The notes beneath the pieces are model-generated. The model was not told where the DNA came from. It did no database searches and saw nothing but the letters and a program-made list of their open reading frames with translations. Made by a program: the position numbers and the translations under genes. Positions 1 through 9,464 of a stretch of DNA of 64,000 nucleotides are shown here, piece by piece (positions within the stretch are counted from its first letter, which is position 1; each line of letters starts with the position of its first letter). The stretch comes from Fidelibacterota bacterium (GTDB lineage Bacteria > Fidelibacterota > UBA8477 > JABMPR01): positions 279 to 64,278 of the forward strand of contig JAERTH010000058.1 of NCBI GenBank assembly GCA_016844955.1. Reading direction: 5' to 3'.

Positions 1-70
1 GGCGTAGTTTGAATGTGTATGTGCTGGCGATACCCGTCGTCGCCCGCCGGAAGTCGGGCTATGCCGGGGT

Positions 71-103
71 AGTCTTCGTTTGAATTGCATTCAAACGAAG
101 ACT
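71..103 (-). terminator. Perfect 15-bp-stem hairpin immediately 3' of tRNA-Ala (termination or processing structure)
   Basis: agtcttcgtttgaat-tgc-attcaaacgaagact. It starts 3 nt beyond the tRNA discriminator base. No long U-tract follows. Confidence 0.4.
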
Positions 104-105
104 AG

Positions 106-178
106 TGGAGCCGAGGAGGATCGAACTCCCGACCTCTGCGTTGCGAACGCAGCGCTCTCCCAGCTGAGCTACGGCCCC
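106..178 (-). tRNA. tRNA-Ala (anticodon CGC)
   Basis: The reverse complement folds as a 73-nt cloverleaf. Acceptor GGGGCCG/CGGCTCC with G3:U70, D-stem GCTC/GAGC, anticodon arm CTGCG-TTCGCAA-CGCAG, T-arm GGGAG-TTCGATC-CTCCT, discriminator A. CCA is not encoded. Confidence 0.9.
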
Positions 179-380
179 ATGGGGAAGGAAAAATTAATAA
201 TGAATAAGTAAAAAGGAACAAGTAAGAAGCGGGGAGGATTGTTTCCAGAAAAAATATTTAAACGAGCATATTTATGCAAGCGGGGAAATTTCAATATAGT
301 CTTAACCAGGGTCTGTGGAATTTGGACGGTGCTGAAATCATGTTATAATAGATTGCTACTTATCAAAATTCCAGGGAGAT

Positions 381-1706
381 ATGAATATGCTGAAAAATTT
401 TCAATTGAGCGAATTGGGCACTGATGTTAGAACTGAGGTTATTGCTGGAATAACCAGCTTTCTGGCAACCATGTACATAATAGTGGTTAACCCGGCAATT
501 CTCAGTGCCACGGGAATGTCTTTTTCGGCAGTCCTGACAGCCACAATCCTGGTCAGCGCCTTCAGCTCCATGGCCATGGGTTTTTACGCCAATAATCCCA
601 TTCTCCTGGCACCTGGTATGGGGATCAATGCATTCTTTACCTATGGCATTGTTTTGGGTATGGGGATCCCCTGGGAAACCGCCCTGGGGGCTGTCTTCCT
701 TTCAGGAATTGTGTTCCTAGTATTGTCAATTTTTAATGTGCGGACCATGATTGTCAAAGCCATCCCCAATCAATTGCGATATGCCATTGCAGCGGGTATT
801 GGGTTATTCATCACCTTTATCGGATTCAAGAACGCCAGTTTTATTGTGGCCAATCCAGCAACACTGGTTGGACTTGGTGAACTCACCCCGGCGGTAATAA
901 CTTTTCTGGTGGGTCTCTTGATAACTTCCGTTTTGGTGGTTGCCAGATTTAAAGGGGCCTTGATCATTGGAATTATCTCCACCACAATTCTGGCTATTCC
1001 AATTGGCCGTCTATGGGGTGATGCCAGCTCAATTAATTTTGGCACCGCAACCCTGGTCAGCTTTAATGGGATTTTTGCGACTCCTGATTTCTCATTGCTG
1101 TTTGCTCTGGATTTGGTGGGAGCACTCAAATTTGCCATGATACCGGTCATATTCGCATTCCTGTTTACCGATATGTTTGACAGTATTTCCACCTTTGTCG
1201 GTGTTGCAGAAGCTGGTGATCTTAAAAGTGAAGATGGCGAACCCCGCAATATCAAACAATCACTTATTGTGGATGGGCTCTCGACTACAATCTCCGGACT
1301 ATTTGGTACCAGTTCAGGAACCAGCTATATCGAATCAGCTACGGGCATAGAGGAGGGAGGACGTTCTGGCCTGACGGCGGTTGTTGCTGGGTTGTTGTTT
1401 CTACCTTTTATGTTTCTATCGCCACTCTTATCCATCATCCCCAGCATTGCCACTGCCCCAGCTCTGGTTCTGGTGGGTGTCTTCATGATGAAACCTGTGA
1501 GGAAAATTACCTGGAGTGAGATGGATAATGCCATCCCAGCGTTTATAGCAATGCTGCTTATTCCGCTGACTTTTAGTATCACTCAGGGGATCATCTGGGG
1601 CTTTCTCAGTTGGACCTTAATCAAGGTGATTAACAAGCAGGGTAATGAGGTTTCTCCCATGCTTTGGGGTATCGATTTTTTTGCCTTGCTGGCATTAGCC
1701 ATTTAA
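381..1706 (+). CDS. NCS2-family nucleobase permease, AzgA/PbuG-like (adenine/guanine/hypoxanthine)
   Basis: 441-aa polytopic membrane ORF. N-terminus LGTDVRTEVIAGITSFLATMYIIVVNP and the block SGTSYIESATGIEEGGRSGLTA are typical of this family. GGGAGA sits before the ATG. Confidence 0.85.
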   Translation: MNMLKNFQLSELGTDVRTEVIAGITSFLATMYIIVVNPAILSATGMSFSAVLTATILVSAFSSMAMGFYANNPILLAPGMGINAFFTYGIVLGMGIPWETALGAVFLSGIVFLVLSIFNVRTMIVKAIPNQLRYAIAAGIGLFITFIGFKNASFIVANPATLVGLGELTPAVITFLVGLLITSVLVVARFKGALIIGIISTTILAIPIGRLWGDASSINFGTATLVSFNGIFATPDFSLLFALDLVGALKFAMIPVIFAFLFTDMFDSISTFVGVAEAGDLKSEDGEPRNIKQSLIVDGLSTTISGLFGTSSGTSYIESATGIEEGGRSGLTAVVAGLLFLPFMFLSPLLSIIPSIATAPALVLVGVFMMKPVRKITWSEMDNAIPAFIAMLLIPLTFSITQGIIWGFLSWTLIKVINKQGNEVSPMLWGIDFFALLALAI

Positions 1707-2130
1707 AGATGATACAAGTCATAAATAGCCGGGCAATCCAGGGAGTTTGCTGAGTACAAAGTCGTTTTTCGATACAACTTTGAATTCTCGTAGCTTTATA
1801 TCGAAGTTGCAGAAAATCTGGGTGTCGATTCATTCAACAATCCAATAATAATCAATAGAATTAACCACATAGAGGTGCATTAGGAATGGCAGCATTTATT
1901 GCCTTTCGTGCTTTGCGCAATCATTTAACTGGTCAATTAATTCAAGAAAACAAACCTTCTTAACCTCAGCCCAAAAATCTGCACTTAAAAATGATTCCCA
2001 ATTGGATGTGATATATGTCAATATTCTGTTATAGTTTCTTTATCCTGTACGGTTTGAATGTCCATGATACTCCATGTATCTTGCGCCGCGAAAATTAGTA
2101 CATAAGACTGTTAAACTATATTAAGGAGAG

Positions 2131-2550
2131 ATGATGAAACAGAACCTGAAAACCCGGGAATCCGGCTTTACCCTAATCGAAGTGTTGGTTGTGGTTATTA
2201 TTGTTGCCATTCTGGCCGCTGTAGCTTTTCCGATCTACCAAAACTATGTAAAGGGTGCCTATGCCTCTGATGCCCAATCTGCAATTGGTTCCATTTACAA
2301 TGCAGCTCAGATGTACTACCAGGATATGGGCGAGTGGCCAACAGATGTCCGTGGCGATCTGGAACCCAAGTATATCTCAATCAAAGAAGCCACACACTCA
2401 CAATGGGAATTTACCATGGTTGGTGGTGGAGAAGATCTAACCCAGGTTAATGCCATGAGTAAAGAGGGTATGAAGCAGGGTGCCGGTAAAGAAGTAAGGT
2501 ACATGGTTGCCACCGGTAAATTCGAAGGTTATGGATTCGAAGACGAGTAA
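2131..2550 (+). CDS. Type IV pilin (candidate major pilin)
   Basis: 139 aa. Class III signal MMKQNLKTRESG/FTLIEVLVVVIIVAILAAVAFPIYQNY with Phe+1 and Glu+5. AAGGAGAG RBS. First gene of the pil locus. No Cys pair in the C-terminal domain. Confidence 0.8.
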   Translation: MMKQNLKTRESGFTLIEVLVVVIIVAILAAVAFPIYQNYVKGAYASDAQSAIGSIYNAAQMYYQDMGEWPTDVRGDLEPKYISIKEATHSQWEFTMVGGGEDLTQVNAMSKEGMKQGAGKEVRYMVATGKFEGYGFEDE

Positions 2551-2561
2551 AAGTCCCTTCT

Positions 2562-3620
2562 ATGACCAATAAAATTGATGAGTTGCTGGGCTACTCCCTT
2601 GAGAGTGGCTCTTCTGATCTCCATTTAAGCGTGGGTGCGGTTCCCATGGTTCGTATCAACGGTACCATGCGGAAACTTAATTTACCACTTCTCACCAAAG
2701 AGAAGATGGATGATATCATGCACGAAGTTATGAATGAGGATCAGCTCAAACGGTTCAAAGCACGCAAAGAAATTGATTTCTCTCGTGAGCTGGAGGGAAG
2801 AGGACGGTTCAGGGTTAACTTTTTTAACCAGATCCGCGGTGTTGCTGGGGTGTTTCGTACTATTCCTACCTTGATCAAGGGTTTTGATGAATTGGATGTT
2901 CCACCTGTATTGGCCAAGCTGGCCATGCAGGACCGTGGTCTCATTTTGCTTACCGGTCCAACAGGTTCTGGAAAATCAACGACCCTGGCGGCCATGGTTG
3001 ATCATATCAATGAGCACAAAGAGGCTCATATTATTACCATTGAAGATCCAGTTGAGTATTATCACGAAAGTAAAAATTGTCTGGTGAACCAGCGTGAACT
3101 GGGGATTTCCACCGATAGTTTTGCCAATGCGTTACGATCGGCATTGCGTGAAGATCCTGATGCGATCCTGGTAGGTGAGATGCGAGACCTGGAAACCATT
3201 CAGTTGGCCCTTACTGCAGCTGAAACCGGTCACCTGGTAATGTCCACCCTGCACACATCAAGTGCATCCAAAACAATTGACCGTGTTATTGACATCTTTC
3301 CTGTGGCTCAAAAAGGACAGGTGCGATCCATGTTGTCTGAAAGTCTGGTGGCGGTTATTGCTCAAAAGCTGTTGCCTACCAAGGACGAAAAAGGTCGTGT
3401 GCCTGCTTGTGAAGTGATGATAGCCAACTCGGCTGTACGAAATCTGATTCGTGAGGACAAAATCTATCAAATCCCATCTGTGATTCAAGCCGGTGGTGTT
3501 GATGGTATGCAGACTCTGGATCAGGATTTACAGCGTCTGGTGAGTCAAGGCAAAATCACACGGGCAGCTGCTGCACAGATCGCTGATAATCCGAAATTGT
3601 TTCAGCAAGGAATTATGTAG
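2562..3620 (+). CDS. pilT: Type IV pilus retraction ATPase PilT
   Basis: 352 aa. Walker A GPTGSGKST, EDPVEYYHES, and the PilT-specific AVRNLIRE motif (AIRNLIRE consensus). Confidence 0.92.
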   Translation: MTNKIDELLGYSLESGSSDLHLSVGAVPMVRINGTMRKLNLPLLTKEKMDDIMHEVMNEDQLKRFKARKEIDFSRELEGRGRFRVNFFNQIRGVAGVFRTIPTLIKGFDELDVPPVLAKLAMQDRGLILLTGPTGSGKSTTLAAMVDHINEHKEAHIITIEDPVEYYHESKNCLVNQRELGISTDSFANALRSALREDPDAILVGEMRDLETIQLALTAAETGHLVMSTLHTSSASKTIDRVIDIFPVAQKGQVRSMLSESLVAVIAQKLLPTKDEKGRVPACEVMIANSAVRNLIREDKIYQIPSVIQAGGVDGMQTLDQDLQRLVSQGKITRAAAAQIADNPKLFQQGIM

Positions 3621-3623
3621 ACC

Positions 3624-4097
3624 ATGCGGCGACAATCATTAAGAAGATCAAGGCGTCAAGCTGGATTTACCCTCATTGAAATGATGGTGGGTATATTGAT
3701 TATCGCCGCTACTGCCACAACCGTATTTTATGGTGTAGCATATGCCAGGGCGGATGTCAGAAGAGTTATCATCCGAGAACGTGCCCTGGAGGAGCTGGCA
3801 GGCTATATGGACTACTGGGTAGCCAAAATTCACAACGGCAGTATTTCCCAGGGGGATATTCGTGGGGATGCGCGAGGTGAAGAGGTTGTTATCTATAACC
3901 CAACTAACTCAGATGATGAGGAAGATACCATTATTGGCACCATTACTCGTGAGCCATTGCAAGAGTATTACAATCAACAATGGAATCCTAATCTCTATCC
4001 TTACTATTATTTGAAGGCCAGGATTACCTGGGACGATCATTTGGCGGCGGGGGAGCCGGCTGAAATTTATCTTGAAGCAAAGGTGTTTGAGCTTTAG
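3624..4097 (+). CDS. Prepilin-type minor pilin
   Basis: 157 aa. Basic leader MRRQSLRRSRRQAG/FTLIEMMVGILIIA with Phe+1 and Glu+5. Confidence 0.7.
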   Translation: MRRQSLRRSRRQAGFTLIEMMVGILIIAATATTVFYGVAYARADVRRVIIRERALEELAGYMDYWVAKIHNGSISQGDIRGDARGEEVVIYNPTNSDDEEDTIIGTITREPLQEYYNQQWNPNLYPYYYLKARITWDDHLAAGEPAEIYLEAKVFEL

Positions 4098-4102
4098 CCC
4101 CC

Positions 4103-4780
4103 ATGAATCCAGACAAATCCACAAAACGTAATCATGGTCTGACAATAGTCGAGCTGGCTACGGTAATGCTGATTATCAGCATGGCCGGGGTAGGGTTGGT
4201 TGGTAGTATTATCAGTATCGTCGGCTTTTACCAGGATGATATGGTTGCCAAGGATATCAGGAAATACGGCAACGCTGCAATGAACAAGATTGTTGATAAA
4301 ATATCGGATGCGGCAAGAATTGATAAAAGGACTGGTCCCAATGGTTTTCCTTTGCTCACACTTTATTACCCTGAGGATCTGACTGATGCCAATACCCTGC
4401 AGGTTACCAGTCAAGGTGGATTTTACTGGAATGGTCAGCCGTTATTGAAGAATATTTCACTCCAAACAGAGGGTATTTACCGCGATAAAGAACAAAGGGA
4501 GATTACTCTACTGCCTGCACCAGATGGATATTCCGTTAGAAATATGGTTGAGGCCAACTATGAGGCATATGGTGTAGGACCGGGCCTTGATGTCGTTAAA
4601 AAGTCAGTCTACGAGGTTACCATTAGATACGCATTGTTAACGCGTTATCCAGATGGAGAGAGTACGGAATATTTCACCTTTAAGCGCAAAGTTTATTCAC
4701 CACAAAGTCTGGTCTACAAAAAGACCCAAGCCGGGGGTAGCACAAATAACTCAACAGGTACTGGAGGTCCAATATCTTGA
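4103..4780 (+). CDS. Prepilin-like minor pilin (divergent)
   Basis: 225 aa. KRNHG/LTIVELATVMLIISMAG gives Gly-1, Leu+1, Glu+5 and a hydrophobic helix. The stop overlaps the next start (ATGA). Confidence 0.55.
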   Translation: MNPDKSTKRNHGLTIVELATVMLIISMAGVGLVGSIISIVGFYQDDMVAKDIRKYGNAAMNKIVDKISDAARIDKRTGPNGFPLLTLYYPEDLTDANTLQVTSQGGFYWNGQPLLKNISLQTEGIYRDKEQREITLLPAPDGYSVRNMVEANYEAYGVGPGLDVVKKSVYEVTIRYALLTRYPDGESTEYFTFKRKVYSPQSLVYKKTQAGGSTNNSTGTGGPIS

Positions 4781-6612
4781 ACGCAATCACAATTCGCCGA
4801 GAAGAAAGTGGTCACGTAATTTTTATATCAATGATTATGGTTCTTATAAGTCTGGGGTTCACAGTTGGTTACTTGCAGTTCGTAATGGCAGAACGCTTTC
4901 TTCATAAGAAGCATGTTGCCCAGGTACAGGCGAAACTGAACTCGTACTCTGGCTTAGGCAAGTTTGGTGCTCCGACCATTAAGAGTAGCTTTTTTAACAG
5001 TGATACTACTTGGGTGATTGGTGAAGACATAGAAGCGATGAATGGGTACAACTACGAAATTGAGTGCAAAAAGGTCCAGAATACCATCACGCAAAATTTT
5101 GATCTGGAGAGCACATCCATTGGGGTTGCCCATTTTAAGGGCTTTGGGGGTCAGGAGATCCCGATTCATGATACTTCCAGGGTCAGGTATACGCCTCAGA
5201 CCTTTGCAGACTATATGTATTTCACCAACGAAGAAACACCCGGCCCGGTGTGGTTCGGAAGCAATGTGAATTTTCGTGGTCCAGATGAAATTGAGGGACG
5301 GGTATTCTCTAACTCTAATATAACCATGAATAGTACTTGCCCGGAATTTGTGAATGGGGAGAATGAAGAACGGAGTGTGGTTGAGACTGCCGGCCACTTT
5401 GTTCTTAACGGCTGTAACCCAGAGACTATCTTTAGAGGTGACCACCATGAGGGCGTGGAGCCAATTGACTGGCCACCGTTCGAAGGTCATGATAAAGTTC
5501 GCGAGGTAGCCAACTGGGTTTATGACGCCAATGAATTTGTTTCCCTGGCCGGTCCTAACCCGGATATCCTGCTCATGACCGAGATTGAGTTTATCCAGGA
5601 AGGTTTCATCGTAAAGCAATGGGAATATCAAGTGCCGCCGCTGGTGGCATACACACCCCCGGATATTTTTTCTTCACCTACCTACCGCAATACCTATTGG
5701 AATGAATTTGTTCACCAATATGCAAAATACTACCCTCATACCTTTCAAACAGACCCTGATACCTGGCTTCCAGCCAGTCGAGCTGCATTTACTGGCGGCG
5801 GTTATAATAATGATGAGGACTGGGGTCACTTTAATTATGCTGCATACCCAATGCCTACTACTATTAATGATTTCTTCTATTATGAGGTGGTAAATGCTCA
5901 CGAGGGTGTGATTTGGATTGAAGGTGGCTCAGTACGTGTCCATGGCACTGTAAATGGGCGTTTTACCGTGGCTACCTCCGCACCCACACTATACAGAATG
6001 CCGCATACAGTCAACAATATTCATTACCCCCAACCCAAAATTGTCGAACTGAAAAACAATATCTGGATTACGGGTGATTTAAAATATGCTGATTCATATC
6101 TAAATGGAGGCGTTCGTACTGGCAGTACTAACCGTCTGGGACTATTGTCCGCGGGGCATATCGTGGTTGCCAATACAGCCGCAAACAGAAATGATGTTGT
6201 GATCAATGCAGCTATGATTGCCATGGATGCATCCTTCACCATTCATTACTGGCAAAATACCACAACCGCATATTGGGGAAATTTAGCTGGACAATCATCA
6301 TCTGGTATGATTAAGGGGGATGGTCAGAGTCTGATCGACCCATTCAATCCAACAGGCCCTCTGCTTCCGACCACCGGAAACAATGATTTAAGGGGGGAAG
6401 TTCACATTTGGGGTAGTGTTACCCAGGCCCGACGTGGGTACTTGAAACGCAACACAATCGGCCCCTATGACGTCAACCCGGGAATAGGCTATGACAAAGA
6501 TTATCATTACGATTACAATTTAAGGGATTATCCACCACCGGCCTGGCCGGAAAACCGCAATTCTGATGGCAGCCGGAATATGTCCATTGCTGCATTTGGA
6601 GGATTAAAATAA
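4777..6612 (+). CDS. Large pilus-associated protein with a PilX-N-like N-terminal helix (function unknown)
   Basis: 611 aa. N-terminus RREESG/HVIFISMIMVLISLGFTVGYLQFV resembles a prepilin/PilX_N helix but has no Glu at +5. The rest is rich in W/Y/N/P. It sits between the minor pilins and pilM. Confidence 0.45.
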   Translation: MNAITIRREESGHVIFISMIMVLISLGFTVGYLQFVMAERFLHKKHVAQVQAKLNSYSGLGKFGAPTIKSSFFNSDTTWVIGEDIEAMNGYNYEIECKKVQNTITQNFDLESTSIGVAHFKGFGGQEIPIHDTSRVRYTPQTFADYMYFTNEETPGPVWFGSNVNFRGPDEIEGRVFSNSNITMNSTCPEFVNGENEERSVVETAGHFVLNGCNPETIFRGDHHEGVEPIDWPPFEGHDKVREVANWVYDANEFVSLAGPNPDILLMTEIEFIQEGFIVKQWEYQVPPLVAYTPPDIFSSPTYRNTYWNEFVHQYAKYYPHTFQTDPDTWLPASRAAFTGGGYNNDEDWGHFNYAAYPMPTTINDFFYYEVVNAHEGVIWIEGGSVRVHGTVNGRFTVATSAPTLYRMPHTVNNIHYPQPKIVELKNNIWITGDLKYADSYLNGGVRTGSTNRLGLLSAGHIVVANTAANRNDVVINAAMIAMDASFTIHYWQNTTTAYWGNLAGQSSSGMIKGDGQSLIDPFNPTGPLLPTTGNNDLRGEVHIWGSVTQARRGYLKRNTIGPYDVNPGIGYDKDYHYDYNLRDYPPPAWPENRNSDGSRNMSIAAFGGLK

Positions 6613-6616
6613 AAAT

Positions 6617-7678
6617 ATGAGTTTAGGTATTGACATTGGCCGCTATGAAATAAAAGCGGTTCAGTTGACCAAGAGTCCCAAGGGCTATCAACTGAATAAT
6701 TATGGCTCTGAACCAGTCTATGATATAGCCAAAGGCTACGATCCTGAAAGATTGGACGAAGCCAGCATTATCAGCGCTGTAGAACGATTGCTCAAAAGAC
6801 TAAAGATTAATCCAAGAAGAGTTAAAGCACTGACAACGGGATTGAGTAATCAGCAAAGCAGTATTCGCCAATTAAAAATGGTTAACACTGAGGATGAAGA
6901 AGAGTTGGCCCAGGCCCTCCAGTTTGAAGCCCGTAAGCATATCCCCATGGATGGAACTGATGCCCTTATGGATTTTCAGATTCTGGGTGAGGATATTCGC
7001 GAAGTAGATAAATTGGACGTGCTCCTGGTCGCCTCCACCCAGCGAAATCTAAACAATCATATGAAATTGGTGCGCAATATGAATTTTCGCCCTGGAATTG
7101 TGGACTCCGAAGCAATTGGCATGGCCAATTCCTATGTGATTGAACATGGGCTCCCTGAAGATGGAACCAATGTTTTTCTCAATATTGGAGCTGTAAGTAC
7201 GGTTCTGGTTGTCTGGGGTCGTCAGGCACCTTTCTTTGCCCGTGATATTATGATTGGTGGTCACCATTTCACCAAGGAACTCATGGAGAAAAAGGATCTG
7301 GGCTACAAGGAAGCTGAAGAATTTAAGTGTAGTGCTGAGCATACAGAGCTGATTGACAAGCTTCAGGGGACTGCTGAGGGGAATTTCTCAGTAAGTGTGG
7401 CCGAACACACAATCTATGATAACCTGGTTGATGAAATTCGCCGCTCGCTCCGCTATTATATCAAGGAAAGTAATGAGAGCTTTTTTCACAAAATTTTAAT
7501 CATGGGGGGCTCGGCGGGGATACCTGGACTGAATGAATTTATTGCAAATCGTCTAAACGTTGTAGCGGAAGTATACAACCCGCTTGCCCAGGTTCATCAC
7601 GATACGCTTGATCAATCCGAGAACTATTCTCAATATGCAACTGCCATCGGATATGCCATGCGGGGACTGTTAGAATAA
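6617..7678 (+). CDS. pilM: Type IV pilus assembly protein PilM (actin-like ATPase fold)
   Basis: 353 aa. Begins LGIDIGRYEIKAVQL and has an FtsA/actin-like layout. Located immediately upstream of pilN/O/P/Q-like genes. Confidence 0.85.
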   Translation: MSLGIDIGRYEIKAVQLTKSPKGYQLNNYGSEPVYDIAKGYDPERLDEASIISAVERLLKRLKINPRRVKALTTGLSNQQSSIRQLKMVNTEDEEELAQALQFEARKHIPMDGTDALMDFQILGEDIREVDKLDVLLVASTQRNLNNHMKLVRNMNFRPGIVDSEAIGMANSYVIEHGLPEDGTNVFLNIGAVSTVLVVWGRQAPFFARDIMIGGHHFTKELMEKKDLGYKEAEEFKCSAEHTELIDKLQGTAEGNFSVSVAEHTIYDNLVDEIRRSLRYYIKESNESFFHKILIMGGSAGIPGLNEFIANRLNVVAEVYNPLAQVHHDTLDQSENYSQYATAIGYAMRGLLE

Positions 7679-7754
7679 GGTTCTGGGTAGTGGAGCATCG
7701 TCTTCTGAACACCAATCTCGAATACATTTAGTAAATAGCGAAACCTGAGGGAAC

Positions 7755-8351
7755 ATGATAAACGCGATAAAAATTAATTTGAACCATGCATCTAGCAAAG
7801 CTGCAAGGTTAGAAATCCGTAGGGATATTCTACGCTGGACCTATTTCGGTCTGGTGCTGCTCTTTTTGCTGCTCAACGGGGTCTGGTTAGCAAGTGAAAA
7901 TTCAAAGTACAATAAGATCATCGAGGCTAAGAAAGTTCAAATGGCTCAAATCGAGACAGAAATTGAAGCCTTGAAACAGGAAGGTATGGACCTTTCAAAA
8001 GAGGACATACTCGATCTCTCTAAACTAGAGGGTGATCGTGTCCTGTGGGCTGAAAAATTGAAGGCTCTTGGCTTATTGATTCCCCATGATATGGCAATAA
8101 CTCGTCTGACCTACAAAGACAATGTCATGGCTATTGAGGGTATTTCCAGAATTTATCATGATGAGCGCGAATTTGATATTATTGAGGAATTTATTGAGCG
8201 CCTGAAGGGGAGCGAAACCTTCTCCAAGGATTTTACGGATATCAAGTTTTCCAAGTACTCCCGTGTGACAACCCAGATGCAGGATGTTGTTAATTTTGAA
8301 ATTAAGGGAAGATTGGTCAACAATAATCCCAAGAAGAAAGGCCGCAAATAA
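7755..8351 (+). CDS. pilN: PilN-like bitopic pilus alignment protein
   Basis: 198 aa. Short cytoplasmic N-terminus (IKINLN), one TM (YFGLVLLFLLLNGVWLA), a coiled-coil segment and a periplasmic domain. Called partly on synteny. Confidence 0.65.
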   Translation: MINAIKINLNHASSKAARLEIRRDILRWTYFGLVLLFLLLNGVWLASENSKYNKIIEAKKVQMAQIETEIEALKQEGMDLSKEDILDLSKLEGDRVLWAEKLKALGLLIPHDMAITRLTYKDNVMAIEGISRIYHDEREFDIIEEFIERLKGSETFSKDFTDIKFSKYSRVTTQMQDVVNFEIKGRLVNNNPKKKGRK

Positions 8352-8905
8352 TGAGTTTACGTGTAAATATTCTTGCGGTTGGAATTCTGATACTGGCCTT
8401 AAGTTTCTACTATGGCTACAATTTTGTACTCAGCGAGAAACCAGAGCAGATCAGGTCTTATGACGAAAAAATTGAAAAACTTAATGAACAACTGATCACA
8501 GCCCAGATCCTGGCCAACAATCTTGATCGTGTGTACACACTGTTTGAGAGAAACCTTGCTTTGAGCGCCAAAGATTCACTGGCTGATGACGCATCCATGC
8601 CCTTCTTGAATTCATTGACTGAAACCATTGATAGTCTTGGTATCAGAATTTTGAATATTCGTCCAAAACCACGGACCAAGACGCTTAAGCGCATTGAAAC
8701 TCCCTATGAACTTGAAATCAGATGTAATTATCGCCAATTTGGTAAATTCATAGCCGAGCTGGAACAATCCTCCAGGCTGATTACCGTGCAAGAATATCTG
8801 GTTAAAAATGGTGTGGAACGGTTGAAGAATACTGCTAATCTCGAATTGCTTAAGACTCAGGAAATTGAGATGCAAATCTCCACCCTGACACTGATAAAGG
8901 GATAG
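8351..8905 (+). CDS. pilO: PilO-like pilus alignment protein
   Basis: 184 aa. N-terminal TM (ILAVGILILALSFYYG), a coiled coil and a C-terminal ferredoxin-like-sized domain. TAATG overlap with pilN. Called partly on synteny. Confidence 0.6.
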   Translation: MSLRVNILAVGILILALSFYYGYNFVLSEKPEQIRSYDEKIEKLNEQLITAQILANNLDRVYTLFERNLALSAKDSLADDASMPFLNSLTETIDSLGIRILNIRPKPRTKTLKRIETPYELEIRCNYRQFGKFIAELEQSSRLITVQEYLVKNGVERLKNTANLELLKTQEIEMQISTLTLIKG

Positions 8906-8909
8906 GGCT

Positions 8910-9464
8910 ATGGATAGACGTACCCGATTTTTCTGGTCAATCGCACTCGCTGCTGGTGTACTTATCATTCTGTTTGAAGCATATACACTCAATGATGTTA
9001 AAGCCGAAAGGAAGGCCTTTGCCAAAGCGGCTGAGAAGACCATTATTGGAACTGATGACGAATTGGAAGAGGTCATTGTCTTTCTGGAGGAAAACCTGGA
9101 GGCACGCGCCAATTTTAAATTTGACCTGAAGAACAATCCGCTAAAACTTGATAAAGTAATCTTTATGACAGATGAGCAGGGAAGATTGATTAATAGTCAG
9201 CAGGCCAATACACTCCGTGTGAGCGGACTTTATGCCAATATCAATCCCCCGAAGGCTTCGGTTGAGTTTAAGAACAAAGAATTCACGGTTAAGGTGGGGG
9301 ACAAAATCGAAGACTATCGCATTCTGAAAATCTCCAAGGATGGAATTTTGGCCATCCGCAGAGGGAATGCAAAATTTTACCCATTACAAGGACGCACGCT
9401 GAATCCAGAAGATACGAGTGTGATGAGCCGAAAATCTCAATATGATCAAGAGGAAGACTATTAA
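8910..9464 (+). CDS. PilP-like protein
   Basis: 184 aa. N-terminal TM. The C-terminal beta-domain pattern FTVKVGDKIEDYRILKISKDGILAIRRGNAKFYPL resembles the PilP/GspC HR domain. Lies directly upstream of the secretin gene. Confidence 0.5.
   Translation: MDRRTRFFWSIALAAGVLIILFEAYTLNDVKAERKAFAKAAEKTIIGTDDELEEVIVFLEENLEARANFKFDLKNNPLKLDKVIFMTDEQGRLINSQQANTLRVSGLYANINPPKASVEFKNKEFTVKVGDKIEDYRILKISKDGILAIRRGNAKFYPLQGRTLNPEDTSVMSRKSQYDQEEDY

Noticed and set aside
179-380. Possible purine riboswitch upstream of the NCS2 nucleobase permease
   Set aside because: I could not find the conserved junction elements (TATAAT...GTTTCTACC...CCGTAAA...GACTAT) in the sense orientation. A GACTATA occurs only on the opposite strand.
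1887-1902. Sigma-54-like element TGGCAG-N..-TTGC upstream of the pilin gene
   Set aside because: The GG-to-GC spacing is one nucleotide longer than the strict -24/-12 spacing. The element also lies ~230 bp upstream of the pilin ATG. No pilR/pilS-type activator is nearby.
1896-2021. 41-aa minus-strand ORF (TTG start; ...NWESFLSADFWAEVKKVCFLELIDQLNDCAKHERQ) in the permease/pilin spacer
   Set aside because: It is short, has a non-ATG start, no visible RBS and no recognisable family. It could be a gene remnant, but the evidence is insufficient.
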